Source: Hormiphora californensis (lineage: Eukaryota > Animalia > Ctenophora). From it: DNA of 64,000 bases. The notes beneath the pieces are model-generated. The model ran no database searches. It was not told the DNA's origin and saw only the letters and a list, made by a program, of their open reading frames with translations. Positions 36,801 through 50,300 of the stretch are shown here, in pieces (the stretch's first letter is position 1; each line of letters begins with the position of its first letter). The stretch spans positions 2,232,001-2,296,000 of the forward strand of contig CM035362.1 of assembly GCA_020137815.1 (NCBI GenBank), written 5' to 3'. The translations under genes were made by a program, and so were the position numbers.

Positions 36801-39800
36801 ATAAGTATCCGGATAACTTGGATAACTCGGATAAGGGTCCGGATAACTCGGATAAGGTTCCGGATAAATGTCCGGATAACTCGGATAAATGTCCGGATAA
36901 CTCGGATAAGGGTCCGGATAACTCGGATAAATGTCCTGATAACTCGGATAAATGTCCGGATAACTCGGATAAGGGTCCGGATAACTCGGATAAGGGTCCG
37001 GATAACTCGGATAAGGGTCCGGATAACTCGGATAAGGGTCCGGATAACTCGGATAAATGTCCGGATAACTCGGATAAGGGCCCGGATAACTCGGATAAAT
37101 GTCCGGATAACTCGGATAAGGGTCCGGATAACTCGGATAAATGTCCGGATAACTCGGATAAGGGTCCGGATAACTCGGATAAGGGTCCGGATAACTCGGA
37201 TAAGGGTCCGGATAACTCGGATAAGGGTCCGGATAACTCGGATAAGGGTCCGGATAACTCGGATAAATGTCCGGATAACTCGGATAAGGGCCCGGATAAC
37301 TCGGATAAATGTCCGGATAACTCGGATAAGGGCCCGGATAACTCGGATAGGGGTCCGGATAATTCGAATTTGAGCTCAAATAACTCAAACCTAGCTATGT
37401 TTAGGTCATTTTTGGGTTATCCAAATCAGTTTTTGTTATGTTCTAATTGCAGAGTGCACGGAAAGAGGGTCGAGCAAGGCAAATCCATTCTAAGCTATTT
37501 CTTTATCATTTAGGTCAGCTATAGACCATTTATGGGTTATTTCTATGTTGGTTTGTCCAATTTTTGTGCGTTTCTGAAACATTCAGGTCAATTCAAGATA
37601 CTTAAAGGTCTCAAAAGGCTCAAAGGCCCCCCTACCCCCACAGAAAATGAAATTGAAGTGCCAAAAATAATTGGTGATGAGATCCCCTATTATGTTATAA
37701 TACACTCAGCCCGCTTCGCGGGCTTCGTTGCCGTGCTTCGCGCGGCCCTATGTAGGGGTGGCGGCGTCACCAACAAAAATAACTCAGAAATGGTCTACAG
37801 CTGACCTAAATGATATAGTGATATACATAGAAATAGCTTGGAATTGATTTTACCTTGCTCGACCCTCTTTCCGTGCACTCTGCAATTAGAACATAACAAA
37901 AACTGATTTGGATAACCCAAAAATGACCTAAACATAGCTAGGTTTGAGTTATTTGAGCTCAAATTCGAATTATCCGGACCCCTATCCGAGTTATCCGGGC
38001 CCTTATCCGAGTTATCCGGACATTTATCCGAGTTATCCGGACATTTATCCGAGTTATCCGGACCCTTATCCGAGTTATCCGGACCCTTATCCGAGTTATC
38101 CGGACCCTTATCCGAGTTATCCGGACCCTTATCCGAGTTATCCGGACATTTATCCGAGTTATCCGGACATTTATCCGAGTTATCCGGGCCCTTATCCGAG
38201 TTATCCGGACATTTATCCGAGTTATCCGGACCCTTATCCGAGTTATCCGGACCCTTATCCGAGTTATCCGGACCCTTATCCGAGTTATCCGGACATTTAT
38301 CCGAGTTATCCGGACATTTATCCGAGTTATCCGGACCCTTATCCGAGTTATCCAAGTTATCCGGATACTTATCTGAGATATCCGAGTTATCCGGATACTT
38401 ATCCGAGATATCCGAGTTATCCGGATTTCAGTATCCGAGTTATCCGGAGTCCCATATCCGAGCTTGGTTATCCGGATATCTCGAAAACATCAATTATCCG
38501 GACTATCCGGGTTATCCGGGTTATCCGGGTTTATACATACCCCCTAATAATAATTATGTGGGAAAGAAGTCACAAGGACAGGCCTGAACTAGTGAACTTT
38601 GTTCAATACCATGACGCCGACGACAGACGGATATTAACATTTAAGCGAGGCATCACAAATGTGATTTGCGGTGACCTGTGTGAAGTGCAGCCAACCAATC
38701 AAACGTGCTGAAAAGTACCTTATCGACAGAATTTAGTTTCTCCGTTCCTCCAAAGATGTACAGATGTTCACCAATACTGGCACAGGAACTATCATTCAGT
38801 GACAGGAGCTCCTTCTTACTTATCTCCACCCAGGTGTTATTCTAAAGGAGATATCATAATGTTATCATTTGGTTATCATTCGGTTATCATTTTGTTATAA
38901 ATCTGTTACCATGATTACGAGAGAAAGCAGTTACCATGACAACAGTGTTACCCCATATAATAGGTTACCTGTGTGTTGTATCTCTCCAGGGTGTTATGTG
39001 ACACCACATATATCAGATGGTCCAGTGCACAACAACTAATTCCACTCCTCTTCCCATGGTGTGGGGGTATCACAGTAGACCATTGGTTGGAGCTGTAACT
39101 CTCAACTGTGAGGGGGTTACCACCACACTCGTCCAGCCCTCCTACCGCCCACAATCTGGAGAGAGATGGGGTGGGTGAGGGAGAGAGGGAGGGTCATACA
39201 ATCTGCAAGTAGTATAGATTGCAAATCTTAGTTTGATACTTACCCCGTTTCTGGGATGCAGATGATTAGCAGGTATAAATTAAAAACTAAATTAATTTGG
39301 GAGACCTCTCAAGTCTCAAGAATTACCTGTTTTTGATAGCCATCAGCCCGAAATCCTTCCTTCTCTGATTCATGGGTGCCACTGCCCTCCACACATCAGT
39401 ACCCGGGTGGAGAACCTCTACAGAGGCGAGGGTGATGTAACCGTTATAACCTCCACACACAAACACCTTACCTAGAGTTGTTGTAATCGATTATCATGCT
39501 AATCATGCTAACTATCTAATCATGCTAATGAGGGGTTGAAAATTGAAATAGAAATGTGAAAAGCAGCATCATATTATAGGCGCTAAATTTAAGTTGGTTA
39601 GTTTTAATTCGGTGTTTGATAAACTTACCATCTAGGACGGCAGCGGATGCCTGCGATCTACACTCGTTAACTTTCCCTGCTGATGTAGACCAGGTGTTGT
39701 TGTAGGTACAGAACTTGAGGACCGAGTTTAGTACCAAACCGTCCCTGGGGGGAGATAATAGATAGTCAATAGATTTTAAACTGTAACTTGCCAACTAAGC

Positions 39801-42800
39801 TAACCCAACTACTGATATTGCATTATATATCAAATATAATGATAACTGAGGGAAGTTTCTGGCCGTCCCTAATATATAGGGGAGAGGTCTTTGGGGTGTG
39901 GTACAAGTACAATTGAGAAACAGGAAGTGATTAAATGTACTTCTAAACTTCTCTTAAAAATATGAAAACTGTAGAACTGGAGAACCATGACAGATGAGAA
40001 CTGTAGAACTGTACCCACCTATCCTTTCCACCAATAACATAGATGTATCGGCCTAGTTTAGCAACTGCTGCTCCCGTACTGTAACTTGCCAACTCACTCA
40101 ACTCTTGGGATTGTAATCCTGGGGGAGAGGTGTGATCAGTGTGTGATTAGTGTGTGATCATTGTGTGATCAGTGCATGATTAGTGAGTGATATTTTGTAC
40201 AACTCTTAGAGAGCAAGGTGTCAGTTTGTTTAGTTCAAACTCTTTATACCCTTTTTTTATAATATAAGGGTGCGGTGAGACAGGCTCAAGCAAGTCTCAG
40301 TGTGATCAATGTGACATGTCTGATTCAATTCACTGCCAAGATCGAAATATGACTGATATTGGCAGTCAAGTCTAATCAACAGTGAACCCAATTCCAATTA
40401 TTAACTTTTTACTGACTCCCCACTTACTGGATCCACCCCTTTACTGACCTGTTGGATCATACATCTCCAGTTTCTGATGCCCCTCGTCCCCTCCCAGGAT
40501 GTAGACCACGTTAGTGTAACAACCCACCCTGTGCCGCTTATTCAGCTCGCACCTGGATGGGAGATGGGTTAGAATTTAGATAGTTTATTGGGGTTTCAAG
40601 AGAGGGATAGGTACGAGGTGACCTCTCTTTTGAAAATGAATAGATCTTAGATTTGAAACAAATCGGATAAATAAATCGGTAAAAACATTCAAGAATTGAA
40701 CATAATGTATAAATGAAGATTGAACATATACCTGTTAGGATTGTAGCCGACACTCAGATTAGCCATGATATGGAAACTCTTTGTCTTGTCTAACAACGTC
40801 CTGTATCTAGTTGATTGCAGCAGGATCTGAGTAGTAATGTGAATATTAAATTAACAGGGTACGGAGAGAGGAGACAAGCAATAACATATCGTATTATTAG
40901 TTGGCTGATACTGAATCTTTTAGTAAATCATGTTGTATACTGAGCAGGATCTTTACTTACACTGTTAACTGATGCTGTCTCTATCAGGAACTCCACTGGT
41001 AGACATGGCAGTCTGATACACTCAATAAGAAGGTCAATAGCAGCCATCAGGTCAGATGGATTATCCTGGTTTTCAGCTCTTCTCTCCACCCAGTTTGTAA
41101 CACAGGAGTACACCTGGAGACGGGGGCATACTGAAACTGTCTAGTGTGTGGGGACATGCTGTCTCAGATCTCAGATGCAGCTGAACAATACAAGGGATTT
41201 GATGAATGATGGCAAACAAAAAGTATAGTGTCCAGCCGTAACTACCAAAACAAATGATTTGAAATGTTGACACCACTTTGGATCGTAGTCTAGTCTCACA
41301 GAAAACTCCCTACACATATCCGTCCCACTGTAATTTCACACATACCTGGGTTTCACAGACAGCGTTAAGTCGGTCCGATGATAGGAAGTTAACAAGAGCC
41401 TCAGCAGGGAGAGTCAAATATCTGCCACTATCAACAATCTCCCCAAAATGTTCCTCTCCCCACCTGAATATATAGAAATGTTGAAATTGACTCAACTTTT
41501 TTAGTGTTTAAGAGGGATTGTTTTATTTAGGTTGGGATTGTTACAAAAGCGAGTAAAATAGAGTACAACAAACGGCAACAAACACGTCTTTTTATATCTT
41601 GTTACCTCACGGCAGCACTTTTAAGAGAGGCACACGAATGTCTCTCACTGAAGAGGACCGTCTCCAGACAATTCTCAGTTGACAGATTGTGAATCAGGAA
41701 CTCACAACACGCCTCCTTAGCATCCAGTAGATGCAGCATGTCTGATACTATGAGCAGGGATTGGGCCTGAAACAGGTAGTGTTGTATTAGGGACCTCGAC
41801 CGTGTTAAATGGTTCGAATTACATCGTTATTCGTTACGTACATCGATCGAGTTACTAATAGCTTGAGGACATATCCCGAGTTATAAAAGTGTTCATAGAA
41901 CAAAGTTTTATCAACAACACCCTTTTATGCAGGAGCGGGAAATATTTTTCACCCGGATGCTTTTTACAAAAAGTTATTTTAGTGCTGGTTTGTTTACTAC
42001 TAAAGATCTAATTTCAAAATTCACTTTTTTGCCAGAATGTGAAAAAGGATGAAATCATTTGCATTATACACATTTCTGTCATTATGCCCGCCGCCCGGCT
42101 GGTTTCTCTTGTTCCCCCTACTCAAACACAAGTTTCACCAATCTCACTGCACTATAAAAACGGGTCAAGAGAGTGAATTGTCACAATCATGTTTGTCTCG
42201 CCTAGCAATCAATCATTTTATGAATTTGAAACCCCGGCTGTTCGAGAAATTTTCGCTCTATGGTGCTATGGGACCGGATTGCTAGCCATACTAGGTGAGC
42301 AGTTTGCACTATATTGATTGAATCAATTGTATTGGATCAATTTGATTCAATAGAGTATTGAACCCTCAGAAATAACATCTTTCATCACTTTCAGGAAATG
42401 GAGTAGTTCTAGTCGCGTCCCTGAAATACCAAGCAATAAAGTTGGATGAGGTTAGTAAAATACAATTTGGAAGGTCAGATCTAGCGCTATTAGTCATCTA
42501 GGGGGTCTTCAGTGGTTATCTTCAGTTGTTGTACACAGATATAATTAGTGCAACACAATTGTGTCAGAGCTTGTAATGGCCAAATGTTTATGAGCCGCAT
42601 GAAGATATATAGTGTTAGTAGAGTATACTCTACTAACACTATATAACAATTGTGTCACTTCCTGTTTATACACACCATGATCACCATGGATCTGGTTTCA
42701 GGTCACGAAAACGTTGGTTGAGGGAATAGCCATTTCCGATATGATATATGGGATTTTGGTTATTCTCCAAGTGGGAATCTCTCTAACCATTAACGGCTGG

Positions 42801-44613
42801 CAATACAGAGGAGCCCAGTGGCTTTGTGATTTATCCACCTACATTCAATATGCCTTCTGCTTGACCGATATCATGCTAATTTGTGCCTTGAATCTTTCCA
42901 AATTGGCCGTTCTGGTGAGGCCCTTTGCTGCCCGGTGCTGGACTAGGAAGCATGGGTTGATCTTTAGTGCTATTGCAGTTTTCCTTGCCCACTTCTACCC
43001 ACTAATCGGGATAAGAAGACCATCTCAGTTTGACTGGAGGAGCTACAGGTACACGTGTGACGTGTGTGACGTGTGACGTGTGACGTGTGTGTGTGACGTG
43101 TGTATGTACGTGTGTGTGGTACCTCCCGTCGTTCCACCCACTATAACAGCTTTGTGTATAGGTCCGCAGTCGACCAATGACCTCACTCCTCTCTTCTACA
43201 GGTGCAACTACAGCTCAATCAGCGGGGTCTGGGAATGGCTGGGACCCATCTGCATGGCTATCTTCCTACTCGGACCCAATGTTATCGTTGTCATAACAAC
43301 GGCAGCTCTCCTGTGCTACGTGAAGAAGGTTACCGGCGAAAACAGGCAAGCCATGTTAACACTCATCCCAGTTTCCCTGGTCTACATCATCTCTTATTGC
43401 CCCATAGGTAAATTGTTATAACATCTTGGGCCAGTAAAATGTCCCCTCTAGACTAGCATGGTTCCAGATCTCGTAGAGCCCTAAAATTTGACACAGTTAC
43501 TCAGTACTCTATGGGACAAACAAATAGGTTCCACATACATACTGATTACCTACTAGTCCAGTTTTGATATTGCATAAAATGCTGATTTCATAAATTCCAT
43601 GATGCTAATTTGATAGGTGTTTATTGGGTGGTAGAAAGTTCGCTAAAGGATGGTGCAGAAGATTACTACCTTCATCTGCACAGGTACTTTATATTGCTAA
43701 TAATACATAAATACTATCAATTTGATAACAATTACCCTGCATCATTGTGTAACATAGTTTTCTCTGAGGGTTGACTCCCCAAACTAACACAGTAAATGTA
43801 TTTGTAGGTATGCACTGTTTGTAAAGTTCCTAAACAACAGTCTGAACCCTCTTATCTACATGGTTACATTGAAGAGTTTCAGAAAGTTTGTAATGAAGTC
43901 TATTTCACCAAGGAACACCTTGACCAGAGTCTTCTTCTCCACTACTGCTACTTCTAGCAATGCTAGCACCTCTGGACTATGAGGATGAAACACGAATAAA
44001 AACAGAGTGAGAAACGGACAATGGTAGAATAAAAGACAGCCAAGTCAAGTCCAAAAATAATGATTAATGGCGAATTTTTTAGATATTTACGTTATGAATC
44101 AATTAATCCCCAATCATTACCGTTGCCATAGTAATCTCGAACTGTCCAGTGTAGATAAAGTTCACCAGCGTCTCTGCAGCTGCTCCATGAATTCCCTTTA
44201 GCTCAATTTTAGGCTGAGAACTCTCCAGAAAGGGCCCATCTAAAAGAGCAGCGAAATAGCTGCTGGTTGTAGCTAGTACAACACGATGGGCGTGGATCTG
44301 AAATAGGTTGATATGCTAACAAACCGACTGATTTTTTGAGTCATGCATCTTATTTGGTGATGCCATCCCCTATTATGTTATGCGCACGACTAGTGTAGGG
44401 GTGGCCGCGTCACCAAGTATCTTATCAAAGAACTTGATGTTTTTTCAATTAAGAATACAACTTTCCAACAAAATCGCTGAAACCCATCACACATACCTCT
44501 CTATCTCCAGCAACAAGGGTCACATCACAAAACCTTCCAGCGGCTTTTAACTCGTACAGACTACTCAGCACATCCTTAGCGTGTACACAGCTCTTGGAAA
44601 ATATAAACGACAT
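33823..44613 (-). CDS. BTB-BACK-Kelch (KLHL-like) protein, multi-exon
   Basis: BTB: FCDVTLV (44497-44613), IHAHRVVLA..SYF..LVNFIYTG (44121-44297), ~41606-41767; BACK exons ~40730-41460; Kelch exons with GG/W motifs ~38720-40550; last exon 33823-33912 VYRYDVHSDTWNEVPAMIHPRARCSLVNV*. Confidence 0.88.
34330..34740 (-). CDS. Small secreted protein with 3 LDL-receptor class A repeats (copy 1, early stop), nested in the last Kelch intron
   Basis: Signal MMIALIFVYCIIASEA; CDG..dC.D.SDE three times; intronless. Confidence 0.88.
   Translation of the reverse strand: MMIALIFVYCIIASEAFYDCPEGILGCCPSGRRCPNGRCVPVDKVCDGWNYCEDGSDEFICVEPSCSPGEKGCSDGECIRHVWWCDGIVDCSSDETDCGCSESQWTCDNRECINKYWLCDGEPDCQDESDEAWYNC
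35810..36289 (-). CDS. Small secreted protein with 3 LDLa repeats (copy 2), nested in the last Kelch intron
   Basis: Same signal peptide and LDLa motifs; flanks duplicated with copy 1. Confidence 0.9.
   Translation of the reverse strand: MMIALIFVYCIIASEAFYTDDCPGGTLGCYNAIHPSHCARWCPNGRCVTEDKVCDGWNDCYDGSDEIRCTGLIVPCASGEKRCSDGECIPTNWWCDGVADCSNDETDCGCSESQWRCDNGDCITKWWLCDGEPDCQDESDEAWTNCNELCGGFGCGNYN
36659..38544. mobile_element. 1.9-kb foldback element; arms built from 21-bp tandem repeats
   Basis: TA|gggggtatgtataaacccgg...ccgggtttatacataccccc|TA; arms ~36659-37527 and ~37792-38544; unit ccggataactcggataa(gggt/atgt). Confidence 0.88.
42189..43982 (+). CDS. Rhodopsin-like GPCR nested antisense in Kelch intron 2
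   Basis: Exons 42189-42294, ~42395-42450 (GNGVVLVASLKY), ~42702-43048 (IAISD; LNLSKLAVLVRPF), ~43202-43407, ~43617-43684, ~43809-43982 (FLNNSLNPLIY, NPxxY). Confidence 0.88.
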
Positions 44614-44933
44614 CTTTAGATTTCAGAGTCTCTCGAAGTTGATATTGGAATGCCCCGCCTCACAGTTCTTTCGTCACAAATGTGTGGGCTGTTGAGAAGC
44701 GGGTGCCCCTGCGAACCAAAACATCGCCCTAGAGAACACGTGATTAAAGGATAGGTAACTAACAATCCAACTTCCAAGATAAATCGGCTGTGTTTGTGAA
44801 ACATTTTTAATTTTCCCCAACACCGATTGGTTAGAGACGAAAAATAACCCCCATCTACCCGACAGCTTCTCCCCAGCTGCTGGAAAGTGACACTAATCGG
44901 TTGGCATATGCTACTGGCTCCTCACAGTGCAGA

Positions 44934-45090
44934 ATAAAGTCCATTTTTTTTCAACTGTTCACCCCCCAAAGTCGTGCGCGGAATTGTTTTGCGCGTTTAT
45001 CACATGTTAACGTGTAGCGCGCGCAGCGTAAATTTAAATATCGCACGCGCACGAGTTGAGGGGTGAACAGTTGAATAAAAATGGACTTTA
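44934..45090. mobile_element. Small MITE-like inverted repeat
   Basis: taaagtccattttttttcaactgttcacccc...ggggtgaacagttgaataaaaatggacttta. Confidence 0.6.
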
Positions 45091-45267
45091 ATGTGAAAAT
45101 TCAAAACAACAGGTGTTGAGGTTTTTAGTTTTTTCAAAAACGTTCGATCAAAAAAGTTCCGACGCGACGAAAATCACAGCGCGGCGCAAGGATTAAAGTC
45201 GGCGGTTAACCGGAATAATTCGCGCCTTACGTTTTGCGCGCAACTTGGCGTCGTATTTTGTGCGCAT

Positions 45268-45655
45268 ATAAGGAACCATAATAAAGTTCAAGAGCCTCCA
45301 AGAGCACCCAAGAGCGCACCCGATCGAAGAGAGACCACACCTGAGAGCGCACCACACCCAAAAGAGACCACATCCAAGAGCGAACCACCTCCAGAAGACA
45401 CCACTTCGAGAGCGCACCACATCAAAGAGAGCTCCCCATCCAGAAGATACCCCGCGCAGGGGACACCACGCGCAGAAGAGACCAGCGCGGCGTTGTATTT
45501 GCGCGTGCGGTCTCTTCTGCGCGTGGTGTCCCCTGCGCGCGGTATCTTCTGGATGGGGAGCTCTCTTTGATGTGGTGCGCTCTGGGAGTGGTGTCTTTTG
45601 GAGGTGGTACGCTCTTGGATGGGGTGCGCTCTTGAACTTTATTATGGTTCCTTAT
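45268..45655. repeat. GC-rich inverted repeat between the divergent Kelch and RPTP genes
   Basis: ataaggaaccataataaagttcaagagc...cgcgcagaagagacc and its reverse complement at 45508-45655. Confidence 0.75.
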
Positions 45656-46052
45656 CCAAATTTGTCGCGAAGTTTGGGTTGACGTTTTTAATTTTTAATT
45701 TTTCACTCCTTTTTTCAGCTTTGTGATTCGGTGCTGTGTCGTTGGCCGTTGTCTCGTTTTCAGGCTTTACATGCGTGGAGTTCTAAGAGTTCCGTAGCCC
45801 ATCAAAAGCAAGGCACTTTTTTATCTCAGGTCAACCCTATCGCCTCGTTTCATCCAAAAATTCAGCCCTGCCGGCTTGCAAAATGCAAATTAGAAACAAT
45901 GTCGCTCTTAAGTTGATCAATGTCAAAAATACGATGCAAAACTATAAGGCGGCCTAGCGAAAATCTTACATTAGTTAAAAATCTGTACTTTGTTTTTCGC
46001 ATGTGTCGATGATACATTATTCATCCCCGAATGAAATTTAATCTCCCAACAG

Positions 46053-47263
46053 ATGCTATGTTTGTTGTTAATCTTAGGCCGCCTTAGTCTTCTTACTGCT
46101 TTAACTCTCGGTAAGCTAACATTCGTCACTCAAAGTGATGTAATGACATCTAGATCTGGTCTCTACAACATTTCTTTCCCCAGATTTTTCAACATCTGTC
46201 TCGTGGATTCAACCTGACAATGAAACGATAACCTTGTCCTGTGTTCTCTCTGAACCTCTTACGGGAGAGGATTTCGAGATATCATGGTTTGGGCCACAGG
46301 ACGGTGAATTCAAATCACAAAACATAACAAATAACACAGCCACAACTCACACCTACACTTGGGACCTTTCGAGCTCGAAGCTGACCGGTGATTACTTTTG
46401 TGCGGTGACATGGAACGATACTACAACTGAAAGTAACACCCAGACTGTTCACTATCTGGATGTTACTATAACAGTCCATCAGAACTCTACTCCCATCTAT
46501 AAAGGGGACAAAATTACAGTGGAAGTGGAGGTTCAAGGTAATAATATTGGGTGTGTTGTTGGCATGATTAAAATTAAAATTTAATCGGTAGATCTGCAAG
46601 GCTAACTCCTGTATTGGGTTGGGACTGGAAGTGCTCGCCTAGTACCCAGTATTCCCTATCTCGCATAGACACATCTCGCACAGACACATGAAGGAGATGA
46701 ATTCTCGAACCAAATTAGCATTAGGAAAACAAACATCTCCCTCACATCAAAACAACTCCTTCACATCCCAGGTGACCTGGAAGTACTTGTCTGCTGGTAT
46801 AACAACCAAGGGTACACTTTGGACGGTTCTCAGGGACGGCAGAAAGAGTTTACTGTTATTGCAGAGGTGACAGGACCCTTCAATTGTACTGTCCAGTACA
46901 CATCAGTGGAACACAGCAAATGGGTGTCCATCAGTGTGACAGGTGAGAGAGATTGTGTGGCTCACATCGTCATTTTATTTCATAAAGCAGACTTTGTGAG
47001 GGTTTGGTAGATCATGTAGGAGATAGAATTTCATATCAATATTTCTTCTGTAGCACATTAATTTCGTATTATGTCATTGAACTTGTCATGGTTTAGTGAT
47101 GGCGTAGCATCTAACTCTGAAGCATCGTGTGTACTATGAAGAGAGAGATGTGTGTATAGTGTGTTTGTGTAGATGTGCGTGGATCAGTTTGTTTGGTTTC
47201 ACGGAGCTAACCATGGTTTCATGTAGAAGTGAGAGAGAGAGAGGGGAGAAAGGGAGAGAGAGG

Positions 47264-47360
<97 letters not shown>

Positions 47361-50300
47361 TAAGCCCTGAGTTATACATTGCAAATTGGGTGCACTCATT
47401 TTCTTTGCAACTTGTGCAACTCTCTCGGCTGCAGCAGTAGTAGTTAGTGTCTGAGTGTAAGTACAATAGTAGCCTGTCAACAGACTTAGAGAGAGAGAGA
47501 GAGAGAAAGTGAGATAGAAAGACACAGAGAGACAGAGAGAGACAGAGAGATAGGAGAGATAGAATGAGAGACAGGAAGAGAAAACGTCTCATTTTGAGAG
47601 ATGCGATACACACTATAACAGTACAGCATACTCAAATTCCTCTTTATTTCTTTTTAATACACCTCTGACACTAACCATATGTATCTACTATCTTTCTTTT
47701 TTAGTCTTTTTTAGTTTCTATCCTTTCATCAACTATAACAAAGCAATGCTCTCTCAGATGTATGATCTGTCCTTCTCCAAATCATATCTCTTTCTGGAAA
47801 TTTGTTCTTCCAGGAATTCCAATAAACCCCATAGTCACAAAGACAATAGGTAGACTCTCAGACTATCTGAAGCATAATACCACATCCAGTGTACAGATGC
47901 GCTACAAAGAAAGTAGTAATGAAGTGTTGTCTTCGTCAAGATTTTACTCCTTTATAAAACTTTTTAGTGCTCCTTTATAAACATAACTTTATTTCAGAGC
48001 CTCAATGGTCAGAGTGGGGTAACTATTCGGATACATGTGATATAAGAACGGAGTTTCAATACCGGTGTGTAAAAGTACGTGAGAGGACGTGTATTCCGGC
48101 TCATCTGAGCTGTGATGGGAAACCTCTTGATGAATTACCTTGTGACCCAGACGATTGTGGTAGGTTCAAATCATGTGCATTATAGACGTTGTAATAGATA
48201 ATAAAAACTGTTGAGATGCAGAGAGAAGTATAGATCCTGATATAAAATTCAAATCTGTACCATTTAACCAAGATCTAAAAATACTTTATTCAAACCCAAC
48301 CTAAAATATAAGTATAAATTTTGATATATTCAAGACACCTTGTCATTCTCGAGAAATAATTTAACATTTCAATTCTCTAGAACCTTCGTGGACTGAATGG
48401 AGTGACTGGAAAAAGTGTACCTATAACGCTAGCAATGGTTGCGAGCGGAATAGAAGGAGAGATTGTATAACCGCAGTGGATAGTACTAAAACTTGTACGG
48501 AAGAAAACGAGGAGGGTCAAGAGTGCACCGATTTGGCTGAATGCGGTACGTAGAACACACACATCTGTATTTGGTTGTTTCACAAAATTCCATTGTTCAT
48601 CCTTCGTTAAGTGCTTGCCTCGAGGCGAGCAACTCAACTTGATTTCCATTCTGATTTCTCCAGTCTCCACTTATCCCCCACTTTAGATCGGTGGACTAGT
48701 TGGGGTGAATGGTCGGAATGCGAAGAGAAAAGTAGACACCTGACCGAGTGCAATAAATACCGTGATAGAAGGTGTACCTTGACCAATGGATTAGACTGTC
48801 GCGATGTCACCCGGGAACACGAGAAATGCCATAACAACAAGTGTTGTAAGTTTACAGGTTATAGACCTACCTCTGCGGGTCGACTGGGTCCTTTGAAATG
48901 AACCACCGCGTCTGTTCTGTTTTGAATATTATATTCACACGAAGCGTGGCAGTCCGTGACACAGCCTTCTCAACCAAAGATATTACATTATATACCCTCT
49001 CCTTTTTTATCATCACTTCGATCTATATTTGAGGGTAGAATTTTCTTCTGTTTCCTCAAAAGCCAATATACAGTCGGACCCCGATTCACCGGGACGCTCG
49101 GAGGATTTGGTTAAGTTTTGCCCGGTAAATCGGGGTTCCGGTAAATAGAGGCCCGGTAAATCGGGATCCGACTGCAAATATCACGCATACTCAACCCCCA
49201 GATACACCGCTGAGATCACACCGTGACGTCACACCTCTCTCAGGTCCAACTATTAACGGTATCAAAAACCAAATAAATATCTACCGACCGTACAAGGGTG
49301 TTTTTACCCTGAGGTGTAATGTGAGGGAAAGCTTGGTGTCCGGGTATAAGAATATCAGTCTGGTCTGGAAGAGAAATGGCATGGAAATTGTGAAGGGTCC
49401 GGCACCCTATACAACCGAACTGAGCTCCTATGCAGGTGAGTTGAAGGGAAGTTCATCAGATAGCAGGAACCGACCGAGTCAGGAAATACTGGTCCTTGAT
49501 TGGCTGATAACCAGTCACGTGACCTAAATAACGAGTTCTGATTGGTTGTTTACTTGTGTCGGTCGGTTCCTTGCCAGATAGGTGGGGTAATAATTGACAA
49601 CTGTGGGTATTTGAAACCACTCTTTTTCTCGTTTCTTTTTTCCTTCTAGTCTGTCACCCCCTACAGATTTGATATGGTTTAAGAACAATCCCCTCGCATT
49701 TCAGGCAAGCTGACTGATAAGACAAAGGGCTTGTACGCGTGTTGTGCCCGAAACAGATTTGGACAAACCTGTAACCATGGATGGTTGCTAGAATTATCTG
49801 ACTATGGTAATGATCTCTCTGTTTATCTTTCTCTCTATATTTCTATTTCTCTTTCTCTCTCCCTCTCTATCTTTCTATCTCTCACTATCTCTTGCTCTTT
49901 CTCTCTCTCTCTCTCCTATGACCCCCGAATATCCACCTCCAATGCCTCTCTCTCTCGTCCACCAGGTCCAGTTAATACTAGCAGGGACAAACCAGACGTA
50001 CTGCGGATTATGGATGGTCAGAATTACACCATTTCATGTCCCTTGGACGGCATTAGACTATCTTACCAGGTGTGTTATACTTGGCAACCAACTAAATACT
50101 GTACTTTGTAGGCAACTAAACAGCCTGCACGGGGGGAGTCTTTTGGCTTTCTGCCTGAAACCCAGGCAATCAGAGAAGGAGGGGGAGCGTTTGTTTATTT
50201 GTTAGGAATGTCAAAGAGACCGGATTCTTCGCCTCGTTTATTGGTATTTGAAAGGCCAAGGAAGGGTTCCTGAAACATTTTTTCCTCAAATCTTGGGTCA

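Noticed and set aside
36645-38711. YPDPYPS heptad ORFs resembling an RNA polymerase II CTD or an adhesive protein
   Set aside because: Mirror images inside the TIRs of a foldback element; no signal peptide or gene structure.
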